A stretch of DNA of 64,000 nucleotides from Deltaproteobacteria bacterium (GTDB lineage Bacteria > Myxococcota_A > UBA9160 > UBA6930). The stretch is taken from assembly GCA_029261815.1 (NCBI GenBank), contig JAJDAQ010000086.1:47448-111447 (forward strand), given 5' to 3'. Position 1 is the first letter of the stretch; every line of letters begins with the position of its first letter. The notes under the pieces are model-generated. The model was not told the DNA's origin. It made no database searches and saw nothing but the letters and a program-made list of their open reading frames with translations. Shown here one piece after another: positions 19,370 to 28,587 of this stretch. A program made the position numbers and the translations under genes.

Positions 19370-20382
19370 CGTGTTGGGATCTCCTCGAGGGTGGCCCGGA
19401 GCGCCGGGTCGGCCTGCTTGGCGCGACGGATTCGTTCGAGGCCTCTCTCCATGATCGGGTGGCCGTGGTCAGTGATCGCAGCCTGGTAGCTGGGCCGCGC
19501 TCGCCAGCGATGCCAATAGGCGGTGACGTGCGGCCGACTGTCCGGGCCGATGAACACGTGCAGCGAATCTGCTTCCCGCAGTCTCTCGAGCACTACGGCC
19601 CAGCTGACATCGGCCAGCGAGAAGGCGTCCCCGAGGATCCAGGGACCGCCGGTCTTTGCGAGTTGTTCTTCGAGGGCGTCGAGGTGCTCGTGCATGTGAC
19701 CGAGGCAGCGCCCAATGATCTTGGCCGCAGGCCCCTTGTGAAGCTTTGCGATGCCGACCTGCTTCATGCCGAGAAACAACAGGGGTCGTTGTCTGTAGCG
19801 GTGGAAGAGCAGGCCTTCGAGGATCCGCATCCGGGGAATCTCCTCGATCATGGCGGCGAAGAGCGGGGCCGTCAGGCCCGGAACCGTGTTCCCCGCGCTC
19901 TCGTGGGCGGCCGCGAGCGGATCGTCCCCATAAAGCGATGATCGGTCGATCCATTGTTGCATCTCTGCAGCGAGGGCCGGATCGTCCGGAACCAGCGGCG
20001 CAGCGTCCTCCGGCGCATGATCCGCCGCATAACGGATCTGTTCGTGGCTCTCGTAGATGGGGTTCCCGTCGTGAACCAACACCGGGACGGTGCCGCCGGG
20101 ATTCACGCCGAGGAACCGTCGGCTGAGGTTTTCGTACGAGCCCGTCTCGATGAGATCGATGGGGTGGCTCTTGTAGGACACTCCGAGCTCGGCCAGGCAG
20201 AGCCTCGACTTCTTGGAGCAGAGCGAAAGCGCGTTGTGATAGAGCTCCCACTCCTCCTCGTGGGGGAGGGTGACTTCCGGACGATGGCCCGCCGGGACCG
20301 CATGGGTCTTGCGCTGGCTTCGTTCGTAGGTGAACCAGGCGAGCGCGCCGACCACGGCCAGGACGATGAGCGCGGCGATCAT
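19366..20382 (-). CDS. Glutathione S-transferase-like protein with an N-terminal transmembrane helix
   Basis: N-terminal hydrophobic helix MIAALIVLAVVGALAWF. GST N-domain-like segment (LYHNALSLCSKKSRLCLAELGV...VNPGGTVPVLVHDGNPIYESHEQIRY). Its stop overlaps the start of the downstream MopB gene (ATGA at 19366-19369). Confidence 0.65.
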   Translation of the reverse strand: MIAALIVLAVVGALAWFTYERSQRKTHAVPAGHRPEVTLPHEEEWELYHNALSLCSKKSRLCLAELGVSYKSHPIDLIETGSYENLSRRFLGVNPGGTVPVLVHDGNPIYESHEQIRYAADHAPEDAAPLVPDDPALAAEMQQWIDRSSLYGDDPLAAAHESAGNTVPGLTAPLFAAMIEEIPRMRILEGLLFHRYRQRPLLFLGMKQVGIAKLHKGPAAKIIGRCLGHMHEHLDALEEQLAKTGGPWILGDAFSLADVSWAVVLERLREADSLHVFIGPDSRPHVTAYWHRWRARPSYQAAITDHGHPIMERGLERIRRAKQADPALRATLEEIPTR

Positions 20383-20478
20383 CGGATCTCCTTCGAAGTG
20401 AAGCCGACGTTAGCCCAATGGCGGTGACCGAAACCATCGATCGGGGTTGGCAGTGATACGATCCTGCCGGAGGATGCG

Positions 20479-21258
20479 ATGACGGTAGCGGGAAGACTCG
20501 CAGGCAAGGTTGCCCTCATTTCGGGGGGTGCGCGCGGCATGGGGGAGGCGCATGCGCGCCGCTTCGTGGCCGAAGGCGCCCGCGTCGTGCTGGGAGACGT
20601 ATTGACCGAACCCGGCCGCGCACTCGCCGACGAGCTGGCAGCAGCGGCTCGCTTCGTCGAACTCGACGTCACCAACGAGTCCGACTGGGAAGCGGCGGTC
20701 GATGCGACGGCCGCGGCATACGGCAAGCTCGATATCCTCGTGAACAACGCGGGGGTCCTGCACTTCGACGCGCTGGAGCGGACGGCGTTGGCCGACTACG
20801 AACGCGTCGTCCGAATCAACCAGACCGGCGTCTTCCTGGGCATGAAGCACGCGATCCCTGCGATGCGGTCCGCCGGCGGCGGTTCGATCGTGAACATCTC
20901 GTCGATGGCCGGACTCCAGGGTGTCGCCGGGGCGATCGCGTACTCCGCGAGCAAGTGGGCCGTTCGCGGGATGACGAAGACGGCAGCGCTCGAGGTGGGC
21001 CCGGACGGAATCCGCGTCAACTCGGTCCACCCGGGCGGCATCGACACACCGATGGTGGCCGGTGCGGCTGCGACCGACGAGACGCGCGGCGGGGCCTACG
21101 CGCGTTACCCGATTCCCAGGATCGGTCGCCCTGAAGAGGTCGCTGAACTGGTTTGCTGGCTCGCGTCGGATGCCAGTAGTTATTCGACGGGCGCCGAGTT
21201 CGTGATCGACGGCGGCGCCAGCGCCGGCTCGGTGCCGAGACTCAAGAAGCCCGACTGA
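20479..21258 (+). CDS. SDR-family oxidoreductase (hydroxysteroid-dehydrogenase-like)
   Basis: GKVALISGGARGMGEA, NNAG, YSASKWAV. Confidence 0.85.
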   Translation: MTVAGRLAGKVALISGGARGMGEAHARRFVAEGARVVLGDVLTEPGRALADELAAAARFVELDVTNESDWEAAVDATAAAYGKLDILVNNAGVLHFDALERTALADYERVVRINQTGVFLGMKHAIPAMRSAGGGSIVNISSMAGLQGVAGAIAYSASKWAVRGMTKTAALEVGPDGIRVNSVHPGGIDTPMVAGAAATDETRGGAYARYPIPRIGRPEEVAELVCWLASDASSYSTGAEFVIDGGASAGSVPRLKKPD

Positions 21259-21352
21259 TCCGGGCGCTCGTCGGCCGAGCGGGCTCCGCGCCGGAGCCGG
21301 GTCGGCGCATCATCCTGCGGCCGGGCGCTCGCTGTCGACGAGATCCGGCCGG

Positions 21353-21383
21353 TTCGCATCCGCGACCCCGCTGCACCTATGAT
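21353..21383 (+). promoter_or_regulatory. Candidate sigma70-type promoter (-35 TTCGCA, -10 TATGAT, 19-nt spacer)
   Basis: This is the only AT-containing patch in the 199-bp gap upstream of the SDR at 21458. The -10 sits within the palindrome CCTATGATAGG (21376-21386). Confidence 0.25.
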
Positions 21384-21457
21384 AGGGCCGCGAGCCGAGG
21401 CCACGGGTGGCGCCCGGCCGTCCGCTCTCCTTCTACTCCCCATCCAAGGAAGATCCC

Positions 21458-22372
21458 ATGAGCACATTTTGTGAAGATCGCGTCTGCATCGTGACGGGCG
21501 CTGGACGTGGCATTGGCCGCGAATACGCACTCATGCTCGCCTCCCACGGCGCCAAGGTCGTTGTGAACGACCTTGGGGGCGCTCGCGATGGCAGTGGCGC
21601 CGACCTGGGCCCGGCCGACGAAGTGGTGGCCGAGATCAAGGCCGCCGGCGGCGAAGCGGTCGCCAACGGCTCGGACGTGTCGGACTTCGGCCAGGCGAAG
21701 GAAATGATCGAACAGGCGGTGGATACCTATGGCCAGCTCGACGTCGTCGTGAACAACGCCGGGATCCTGCGCGACCGGATGCTGGTGAACATGGAGGAGA
21801 GCGAGTGGGACGCCGTGATCCAGGTGCATATGAAGGGCACGTTCTCGCCCGCCCATCATGCGGCTGCCTATTGGCGCAACCTGAGCAAGGCCGGCAACCC
21901 GGTCGACGCGCGACTCATCAATACGACGTCGGTGTCGGGCATCTACGGAAATGCCGGTCAGACCAACTATGGCGCCGCAAAGGCCGGCATCGCGGCGTTT
22001 TCGATCATCGCGAGCCGCGAACTCAAGCGTTACGGCATCACCGTCAACTGCATCGCGCCGGGCGCGCTAACGCGCCTGACCGAGGACCTGCAGCCGGGCG
22101 AAATCACCGATGAGATGCGCGAGCGGCAGAGTCCCCGCTGGATCGCCCCGATCGTGACCTGGCTCGCGAGCCGCGAGTCGAGCGATGTCACGGGTCGGGT
22201 CTTCGAGGCGTCCGGCGGCGTGCTGGCGATCGCCGAGGGCTGGCATCGTGGCCCGCGCGTGGATCCGGTCGAGGACCCGACCACGCTGGGCCCCATCGTG
22301 CGAAACATGGTCAAGGAAGCGCGCCTGAATGCCGGAATGAACGGCGAAGATCAGGACGGCGGACTCGGCTGA
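21458..22372 (+). CDS. SDR-family oxidoreductase (extended, 3-hydroxyacyl-CoA-dehydrogenase-like)
   Basis: ATG at 21458 follows AAGGAAG. Motifs CIVTGAGRGIGREYAL, NNAG, YGAAKAG; 304 aa. Confidence 0.85.
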   Translation: MSTFCEDRVCIVTGAGRGIGREYALMLASHGAKVVVNDLGGARDGSGADLGPADEVVAEIKAAGGEAVANGSDVSDFGQAKEMIEQAVDTYGQLDVVVNNAGILRDRMLVNMEESEWDAVIQVHMKGTFSPAHHAAAYWRNLSKAGNPVDARLINTTSVSGIYGNAGQTNYGAAKAGIAAFSIIASRELKRYGITVNCIAPGALTRLTEDLQPGEITDEMRERQSPRWIAPIVTWLASRESSDVTGRVFEASGGVLAIAEGWHRGPRVDPVEDPTTLGPIVRNMVKEARLNAGMNGEDQDGGLG

Positions 22373-22405
22373 GTCGATTCTCGGATTGCTCCAAGCGCCG
22401 TCGAT

Positions 22406-22419
22406 TTGAACATGTTTCA
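22406..22419. promoter_or_regulatory. Operator-like palindrome TTGAACATGTTTCA (site 1 of a tandem pair)
   Basis: Fits TnnAACnnGTTnnA. It is an AT-rich patch in the intergenic region upstream of the carotenoid-oxygenase operon. Confidence 0.6.
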
Positions 22420-22424
22420 AGCGA

Positions 22425-22438
22425 TTGAACATGATAAA
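22425..22438. promoter_or_regulatory. Operator-like site TTGAACATGATAAA (site 2, 19 bp downstream of site 1)
   Basis: The left half-site is perfect and the right half degenerate. It overlaps an extended -10-like TGATAAAGT on the + strand. Confidence 0.5.
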
Positions 22439-22514
22439 GTCGGCGGCGCGAGGGCACTCCCGCCCCGCCGACGCGGGCTGTCCGGCCCCTGCTGAGTCCC
22501 GAGAGGAGCGCCAC

Positions 22515-23852
22515 ATGGCTGCCAGTCCCGAAGAGAAGCCCTTCCACCTGCAGGGCAACTTCGCCCCGGTTCCCGAAGAGATGACCGAGGAGAACCTCGA
22601 GGTCATCGGCGCGATCCCGCCCGAACTCTCCGGCCTCTACGTCCGAAACGGCTCGAACCCGGCCACGGGTGAGTCCGAGCACTGGTTCCTGGGCAACGGC
22701 ATGGTCCATGGCGTCCGCCTCGATGGCGGCAAGGCCTCGTGGTACCGGAACCGCTACGTGCAGTCCTTGATGCTCACCGACCCCGATGCCAAGCGGATCT
22801 CGGACAAGGGTGAAATGGACTACCGCGTCTCGGCCGCCAACACGCACGTGCTCAAGCATGGCGGAAAGCTCCTGGCGCTTGAGGAAGGCTCCTTCCCGTA
22901 CGAGCTGACGGATGAGCTCGAGACGGTCGGTGCCTTCAACTACGGCGGCAAGCTGAACACCTCCTTCACTGCGCACCCGCACATCTGCCCCGTCACGGGC
23001 GAGATGATCGGCTTCGGCTACGGCCAGCTTCCGCCCTACCTGACCTATCACCGCATCAGCCCGGACGGCAAGCTCGTGCAGTCGGAGGTCATCGATGTGC
23101 CCGGCCCGACGATGATGCACGACTTCTCGATCTCCGAGAAGCACGCGCTGTTCATGGACCTGCCGGTCGTGTTCGATATGCAGGCCGCACTCGCAGGCAC
23201 CATGCCGTTCAAGTGGAGCGACGACTATGGCGCCCGCATTGGCATCATGCCCCGGACCGGCGGCAACGCCGATGTGAAGTGGTTCGAAATCGATCCCTGC
23301 TATGTCTTCCATACCGTGAACGCATGGGACGAAGGCAACAAGGTGGTGTTCGATGTCTGCCGCATCAGTGAAGTCTGGCGTGACGCAGGCGACATGGGTG
23401 GCGGCAACGGAAAGCAGACGCTGCATCGCTTCACCTTCGACCTCGACACCGGAAACGTCGGTGAACAGACCCTGGACGAACGCGGCATGGACTTCCCGCG
23501 CGTGGCAGATGCCCGGGTCGGCCTGAAGAACCGCTACGCCTACACGCTGCAGTTCGGCGAGCTCGGTTCCTTCGCGGGTCATCTCAAGTTCGACCTCCAG
23601 ACCGGAAAGAGTGAGCTTCACGCCTATCCCGAGGGAGCGTCTCCGGCCGAGGCCGTCTTCGTGGCGGCGCCGGGTGCTGATGCGGACTCCGACGAGGGAT
23701 GGGTCATGAACTACGTCTACGACGACGGCTCCGGAAAGAGCGAACTCGTCATCCTCGACGCACAGAATTTCAGCGGCGATCCGGTGGCCCGGGTCAAGTT
23801 GCCGCAACGCGTTCCCTTCGGTTTCCACGGCAGCTGGGCCGGCGACGCCTAG
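22515..23852 (+). CDS. Carotenoid cleavage oxygenase family protein
   Basis: ATG at 22515 follows GAGAGGAG. N-terminal signature LQGNFAPVPEE...LEVIGAIPPELSGLYVRNGSNP and MMHDFSISEKHALFMDLP. Confidence 0.85.
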   Translation: MAASPEEKPFHLQGNFAPVPEEMTEENLEVIGAIPPELSGLYVRNGSNPATGESEHWFLGNGMVHGVRLDGGKASWYRNRYVQSLMLTDPDAKRISDKGEMDYRVSAANTHVLKHGGKLLALEEGSFPYELTDELETVGAFNYGGKLNTSFTAHPHICPVTGEMIGFGYGQLPPYLTYHRISPDGKLVQSEVIDVPGPTMMHDFSISEKHALFMDLPVVFDMQAALAGTMPFKWSDDYGARIGIMPRTGGNADVKWFEIDPCYVFHTVNAWDEGNKVVFDVCRISEVWRDAGDMGGGNGKQTLHRFTFDLDTGNVGEQTLDERGMDFPRVADARVGLKNRYAYTLQFGELGSFAGHLKFDLQTGKSELHAYPEGASPAEAVFVAAPGADADSDEGWVMNYVYDDGSGKSELVILDAQNFSGDPVARVKLPQRVPFGFHGSWAGDA

Positions 23853-23933
23853 CGAGCCTCCCCTTCAGGTCCGCGCGTCCGTTGGAGGGGTTCCACGGCG
23901 CTTCGGGCCTGCTCTTTGATTCGAGGAGAAATC

Positions 23934-26489
23934 ATGCGCCTTCGCCCGGTGTGCATGTTCATCGTGTTCCTGACGCTCGTGCTCCTGGCGAGTCCCGCGT
24001 TTGCACAGGCAGATGCGGAAACAGACGAACTACGGGATATCGACGAGATCGTCGTCAACATCACCAAGCGGACCGAGTCGCTGCAGGAGGTTTCCGGCAC
24101 CTTCAGCGTCTTCGATTCATCGATCATTCGCGAGACGAATATCGAGCGGATCGCGGATGCGGTGGCGCTGATCCCGAACGTGCAGATCAAGGGCGGCTCG
24201 AACCAGTCGATCTCGATCCGTGGCATCTCGCAGTCGATCGTGTCGCAGTCTCCGGTCGCGCGGCACGTCAACGGCGTCTTCAAGTTCGACAACGAAGCGT
24301 ACACGGGCCACTTCTACGACCTCGAGAACATCCAGGTCGCGCGCGGGCCGTCGGGCACCGTCTATGGCCGCAACGCAACGGCGGGCGCCATCGACTTGCA
24401 ATGGAAGCAGCCCCACGACGAATGGGAAGTCTTCGGCGACATCACGCTGGCGAACACCGACCGCTACCACTTCCGCGGTGGGGTGAACATTCCGTTCCTG
24501 GGCGAAGGGAACGAGAAGTTGATGGGTCGGCTTGTGATCCAGCGCGAAATCCACGACGGCTGGGTCGACAACGAGCTGACCACCCGCAACAACGACCCGG
24601 ACAAGGGCGACGATTTCTTTGCGCGCTTCAGCCTGAAGTCCGTAATCAGCGAAGACACGGAGGTCATCGGTCGCGGCTACTACCACCGACGTGAAGATGG
24701 CATCGCGTCGAGTACCCCGGTCCTGAATACCTTCACCGAGGGCCTGCTGCGATTGCCGGCGCCCCTTGGCGTCGTGCGTACCGATCCCTTCAACGGCTAC
24801 ACAAAGTTCAAGGCCGACATCCTGGCGAACCCGGCCGTGGGCGCCGTCTACACGCTCTTCTCGAACGCGACCGCGGCGAACTGCATGATCATGGCGCCCG
24901 CATGCCCGGATGGCTCGATCCAGACGCCGGATGACGCGCTCGAGTACTTCCTGGTCAACGGAATCAACGCGTTCGGCGGCATCCCCGGCTTCTTCCGGAG
25001 CACCGAAGTCTTCAATACGCCCCAGGCCATCCAGCAGGGCGACCGGCAGACCCGGAATAGCGCCCATCGGCTCGGGGACGGGAAACTCGAAGTCTGGGGC
25101 TTCGACGGTCAGTTCGACACGCGGCTCCCCAACGTTCCGGGCCTCGGCGACGTCGGCTTCACCCTCATCGGGGGCTGGGAGCATTTCGAGCGGAACTTGC
25201 TGACGGATCTCGACGGCACCGAGCTCCTGGTCCTCGATGTATCGAACCAGTTCGAAGAGAATCTCTACACAGCGGAATTCCGGTTCTCATCAGAGGGAGA
25301 CGGACCGGTCAATTGGATCGCCGGCTTCTTCTGGTTCACCCGTGACCGCGACTCGGTCCAGGACACGGTCGTCTCGTTCGTGACGCCGGAGGCTAACTCG
25401 ACGGTGAAGGAGAGCGGCTTCGCGCCGTTCATCAACATCCAATGGGACATCATCGACTCGGTGACGCTTGAGGGCGGTGTCCGCTGGAACCGCGACCGAT
25501 TCTTCATCGACCGACTTGACCCGGCGACCTCGGTGCAGCCTTTCGATCTTCAGCTCCGGGCTGCCGAGAAGTTCCGCGAGACGACCTACGAGGCCAAGAT
25601 CAACTGGGAAATCACGGAAGATCACCACCTCTACGCGAAGTTCGCCCACGGCTACAAGGGTGGGCTTCTCGAGTTGGACATCAGCGGTGCCGTCGCACAG
25701 CTCCAGGCACTGGTCCCGCCGGAAAGCGTCAACTTCAAGAATGTGGCGAGTCCGGAACTGATCGACGCCTTCGAAGTCGGACTGCGGACCCAGTGGCTCG
25801 ACGGCATGATCACGGCCAACCTGACCGCGTTCTACTACGACTACACCGATCTCCAGGTCACCCAGATCACGGGTGCCCAGATCCTCACCGAGAACGCCGG
25901 TGAGGCAACGATCCAGGGGCTCGAGCTTGAACTCGTGGTCGCGCCCACCGAGAACTGGCTGATCATGTTTTCTGCCGGCTACCTCGACGCCGAGTTCGAC
26001 ACCTTCTGCTCCGACGATCCCTTCCAGTTCTTCGCGGTTTCGGAGCCCGGCTGCGCGGCACCGGCCACCAACGCGTTCAATGCTGGCCTCGGACTCGATG
26101 GCAAGAGCAACCTTGCCGGCAACCGGTTGGAAGATTCGCCCGAGTTCGACCTAACCTTCGTCACCCGGTACACGATCGCCCTCGGCGAGTGGGGAACACT
26201 CACCCCCGTTGTCGAGTTCCAATGGACCGACGAATACTTCTCCCGGCCTTACAACCTCCCGATCGACAAGATCGCGTCGCGCTCGAAGACCGACCTGCGG
26301 CTGATCTGGGAAGATGTCGAGAAGAAGTACAGCGTCGAGCTCTTCGTCGAAAATCTCGAGAACGAGACGGTCTTCGGGCAGCGCCTGATCGGTGCCGAGT
26401 TTCAGGGCGGGTTCCCGGTCCAGGTCGGGACGTTCCCGCCGCGGATCTACGGTATCCGGCTCGGCTTCCACTTCGGTGGCGACAGCTGA
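23934..26489 (+). CDS. TonB-dependent receptor (paralog of 4208-6712)
   Basis: ATG at 23934 follows GAGGAG. Signal peptide MRLRPVCMFIVFLTLVLLASPAFA. Plug motifs DEIVVNITKRTESLQEV and IQVARGPSGTVYGRNATAGAIDL. Confidence 0.85.
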   Translation: MRLRPVCMFIVFLTLVLLASPAFAQADAETDELRDIDEIVVNITKRTESLQEVSGTFSVFDSSIIRETNIERIADAVALIPNVQIKGGSNQSISIRGISQSIVSQSPVARHVNGVFKFDNEAYTGHFYDLENIQVARGPSGTVYGRNATAGAIDLQWKQPHDEWEVFGDITLANTDRYHFRGGVNIPFLGEGNEKLMGRLVIQREIHDGWVDNELTTRNNDPDKGDDFFARFSLKSVISEDTEVIGRGYYHRREDGIASSTPVLNTFTEGLLRLPAPLGVVRTDPFNGYTKFKADILANPAVGAVYTLFSNATAANCMIMAPACPDGSIQTPDDALEYFLVNGINAFGGIPGFFRSTEVFNTPQAIQQGDRQTRNSAHRLGDGKLEVWGFDGQFDTRLPNVPGLGDVGFTLIGGWEHFERNLLTDLDGTELLVLDVSNQFEENLYTAEFRFSSEGDGPVNWIAGFFWFTRDRDSVQDTVVSFVTPEANSTVKESGFAPFINIQWDIIDSVTLEGGVRWNRDRFFIDRLDPATSVQPFDLQLRAAEKFRETTYEAKINWEITEDHHLYAKFAHGYKGGLLELDISGAVAQLQALVPPESVNFKNVASPELIDAFEVGLRTQWLDGMITANLTAFYYDYTDLQVTQITGAQILTENAGEATIQGLELELVVAPTENWLIMFSAGYLDAEFDTFCSDDPFQFFAVSEPGCAAPATNAFNAGLGLDGKSNLAGNRLEDSPEFDLTFVTRYTIALGEWGTLTPVVEFQWTDEYFSRPYNLPIDKIASRSKTDLRLIWEDVEKKYSVELFVENLENETVFGQRLIGAEFQGGFPVQVGTFPPRIYGIRLGFHFGGDS

Positions 26490-26535
26490 TCATTCGAACG
26501 CACAAGTCTCTCGAAGCAGACCGGAAGGAGGGACT

Positions 26536-27798
26536 GTGAGTACGGCAGTCGATCTCAACAAGTACGACCCGATGGCGCGGGATGTCCAACAGGACCCCTA
26601 CCCGTACTACGAAGCGCTACGTCGCGACGCGCCAGTGTTCCAGCATCCGAAGTCGGGGATCTACTTCGTGTCGCGCCTGGACACCGTGAACCACGTGTTC
26701 GCGAATCCGGGTCTCTTCTCGTCGCAGTTCAGCAACACGGGTACGCCGCCCGGGTCGCCGGGCCTCGGCGCGAAGCTCAAGGAGATCGCGTCGAAGGGGC
26801 AGCCCCAGATCAACACGATGTTGACGGCTGATCCGCCCGATCAGACGCGTTACCGCAAAACCGTCGGGCGTGCGTTCTCGACACGCAGGATCCTTGCGCT
26901 CGAACCCGTGATTCGGGAAATCACGCGCGACCTCATCGCTCAATGGCCGGACGAGGGGACCGTGGACTTCGTCAACACGTTCTCGGTGCCGTTTCCGGTC
27001 CGCGTGATCGCGCACACCCTCAACATGGCGCCCGAAGCCGTCGACAAGATCAAGTGGTGGTCGGACGCATCGGTCGCCACGCTCGGCGTGGCGCTCAGCG
27101 AAGAGGATCGGATCGCGGCGGCAGAGGGCGTCGTCGAGTCCCACCAGTACTGGGCCCGGGAGTTTGCTGCGCGACTGGCGGAGCCGCGCGACGATTTCCT
27201 CACGGAGCTGACCCAGGCGTCGTTTGTCGAGCAGAGCGGTGATTCCCGGACGCTCGAGATGCCCGAACTCGTGAGCATCATCCTCCAACTCATGGTGGCC
27301 GGGAACGAAACGACCACGAAACTCGTCAACGAGACGGTGAAGCTGTTGATCGAGAATCCCGCGGAGTGGAAGCGGATCCAGGAAGACCCGTCGACGATCC
27401 CGGCCATGGTCGAAGAGGCACTGCGCATGTCGAGCCCCAACCAGGGTCTCTTCCGGATCGTGAAGGAAGACACCGAGCTCGACGGCGTTTCGATCCCGGC
27501 CGGTTCCACGCTCTGGGTGATGTTCGGTGCGGCGAACCGCGACGAGCGGTTCTTTCCCGAGCCCGACAAGTTCGACCCGACGCGCGAGAACGTGCGCGAC
27601 CACATTGCCTTCGGAAAGGGCGCCCACTTCTGCATCGGAGCCCCGCTCGCCCGGCTCGAAGCCAGGGTCTGTTTCGAGGAACTGTCCTCGGCGATCGCCG
27701 ATTGGAAGTTCTCGGACGGAAACACGTTCGAGTACGAGCCGAGCTACATCCTGCGAGGACTCAAGAACCTGTCTCTCGATATCCGGAAGGCACGCTAG
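26536..27798 (+). CDS. Cytochrome P450
   Basis: GTG at 26536 follows GGAAGGAGGG. I-helix LMVAGNETTT, EXXR region and heme loop FGKGAHFCIGAPLA. Confidence 0.9.
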   Translation: MSTAVDLNKYDPMARDVQQDPYPYYEALRRDAPVFQHPKSGIYFVSRLDTVNHVFANPGLFSSQFSNTGTPPGSPGLGAKLKEIASKGQPQINTMLTADPPDQTRYRKTVGRAFSTRRILALEPVIREITRDLIAQWPDEGTVDFVNTFSVPFPVRVIAHTLNMAPEAVDKIKWWSDASVATLGVALSEEDRIAAAEGVVESHQYWAREFAARLAEPRDDFLTELTQASFVEQSGDSRTLEMPELVSIILQLMVAGNETTTKLVNETVKLLIENPAEWKRIQEDPSTIPAMVEEALRMSSPNQGLFRIVKEDTELDGVSIPAGSTLWVMFGAANRDERFFPEPDKFDPTRENVRDHIAFGKGAHFCIGAPLARLEARVCFEELSSAIADWKFSDGNTFEYEPSYILRGLKNLSLDIRKAR

Positions 27799-28587
27799 GT
27801 GCCGGCGCTCGAGGGGCAAGTCGCCGTCGTCATCGGTGGCTCCGGCGGGTTTGGAGAGGGAATCGTAGAGCGATTCGTCGCGGAAGGCGCCACGGTCTGG
27901 ATCGCGGCGCGCGATGAGACGCGTGCCGCGGAAGCTGCCGCCCGGCTTGGCGCCCGTGCCTTCCCCTGCGACATCACGAAGAGCGCCGACGTCAAGGCGC
28001 TGGCCGACCGCGTCCTGTCCGAATCCGGCCGAATCGACATCGCCGTGAACTCAGCCGGCTATGAAGACAACTGCGCGATCGCCGACCTGGAACCCGACCG
28101 CGTGGAGCGCATGGTCGCGGTCCAGTTCACGGGAGCGCTCTACGTCATTCAGCACATGGCGAATGCGATGGCTGCGGGTGGCTCGATCATCACGATCGGC
28201 TCGTTGACAGCGACGCTGACGGCCGATGGCTACGCGCCGTACGCAGGTGCGAAGGCCGGGATCAACCATGCCACGCGCATCGCGGCCGCCGAGTACGGCC
28301 CGAAGGGCGTTCGGGTGAACGTCGTCTCCGCCACGCTCGTCGAAACCCCGATGACGGCCGCGATCACGAATGCGCCCGGTGTGCGAAGAGCGTTCGTGGC
28401 CGAGACGCCACTTGGACGTTTCGGCAGCATCGATGACATCGTCAACGCGGTCTTCTGGTTGGCGTCCGACCAGAGCGCCTTCGTGACCGGACAGAATCTC
28501 CACATCGACGGAGGGACGTCTCTCCGCCGTCTTCCGACGGTGGCGGACTTCATTCGTTCTGCCCAGGAAGAGGCAGCCGAAAGCTAG
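27799..28587 (+). CDS. SDR-family oxidoreductase
   Basis: GTG immediately after the P450 stop. Motifs VAVVIGGSGGFGEG and YAGAKAG. Confidence 0.8.
   Translation: MPALEGQVAVVIGGSGGFGEGIVERFVAEGATVWIAARDETRAAEAAARLGARAFPCDITKSADVKALADRVLSESGRIDIAVNSAGYEDNCAIADLEPDRVERMVAVQFTGALYVIQHMANAMAAGGSIITIGSLTATLTADGYAPYAGAKAGINHATRIAAAEYGPKGVRVNVVSATLVETPMTAAITNAPGVRRAFVAETPLGRFGSIDDIVNAVFWLASDQSAFVTGQNLHIDGGTSLRRLPTVADFIRSAQEEAAES

Noticed and set aside
20447-20466. A sigma54-like TGGCA element upstream of the SDR at 20479.
   Set aside because: No TTGC/GC element lies at the required GG-N10-GC spacing.
21341-21380. A tRNA-like T-arm string GGTTCGCATCC in the 199-bp gap, possibly a tRNA remnant or integration site.
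   Set aside because: Flanking bases give only 3 bp of a T-stem. No acceptor, D or anticodon arms can be folded, and no integrase or direct repeat is nearby. It is more simply read as a weak -35 region.
23853-23900. A possible terminator hairpin after the carotenoid oxygenase gene.
   Set aside because: Only a 5-bp CCTCC/GGAGG pairing with a long loop and no T-tract. The downstream TBDR is probably co-transcribed.
26490-26535. Additional copies of the AT-rich palindrome as half-sites: TTCGAACGCACAAG at about 26493, GATTGAACGAGG at about 34391, and TTCGAACATCGG inside the carboxylase gene at about 13155.
   Set aside because: Only the AAC half is present and the GTT arm is missing. One is intragenic. 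I do not count these as sites.
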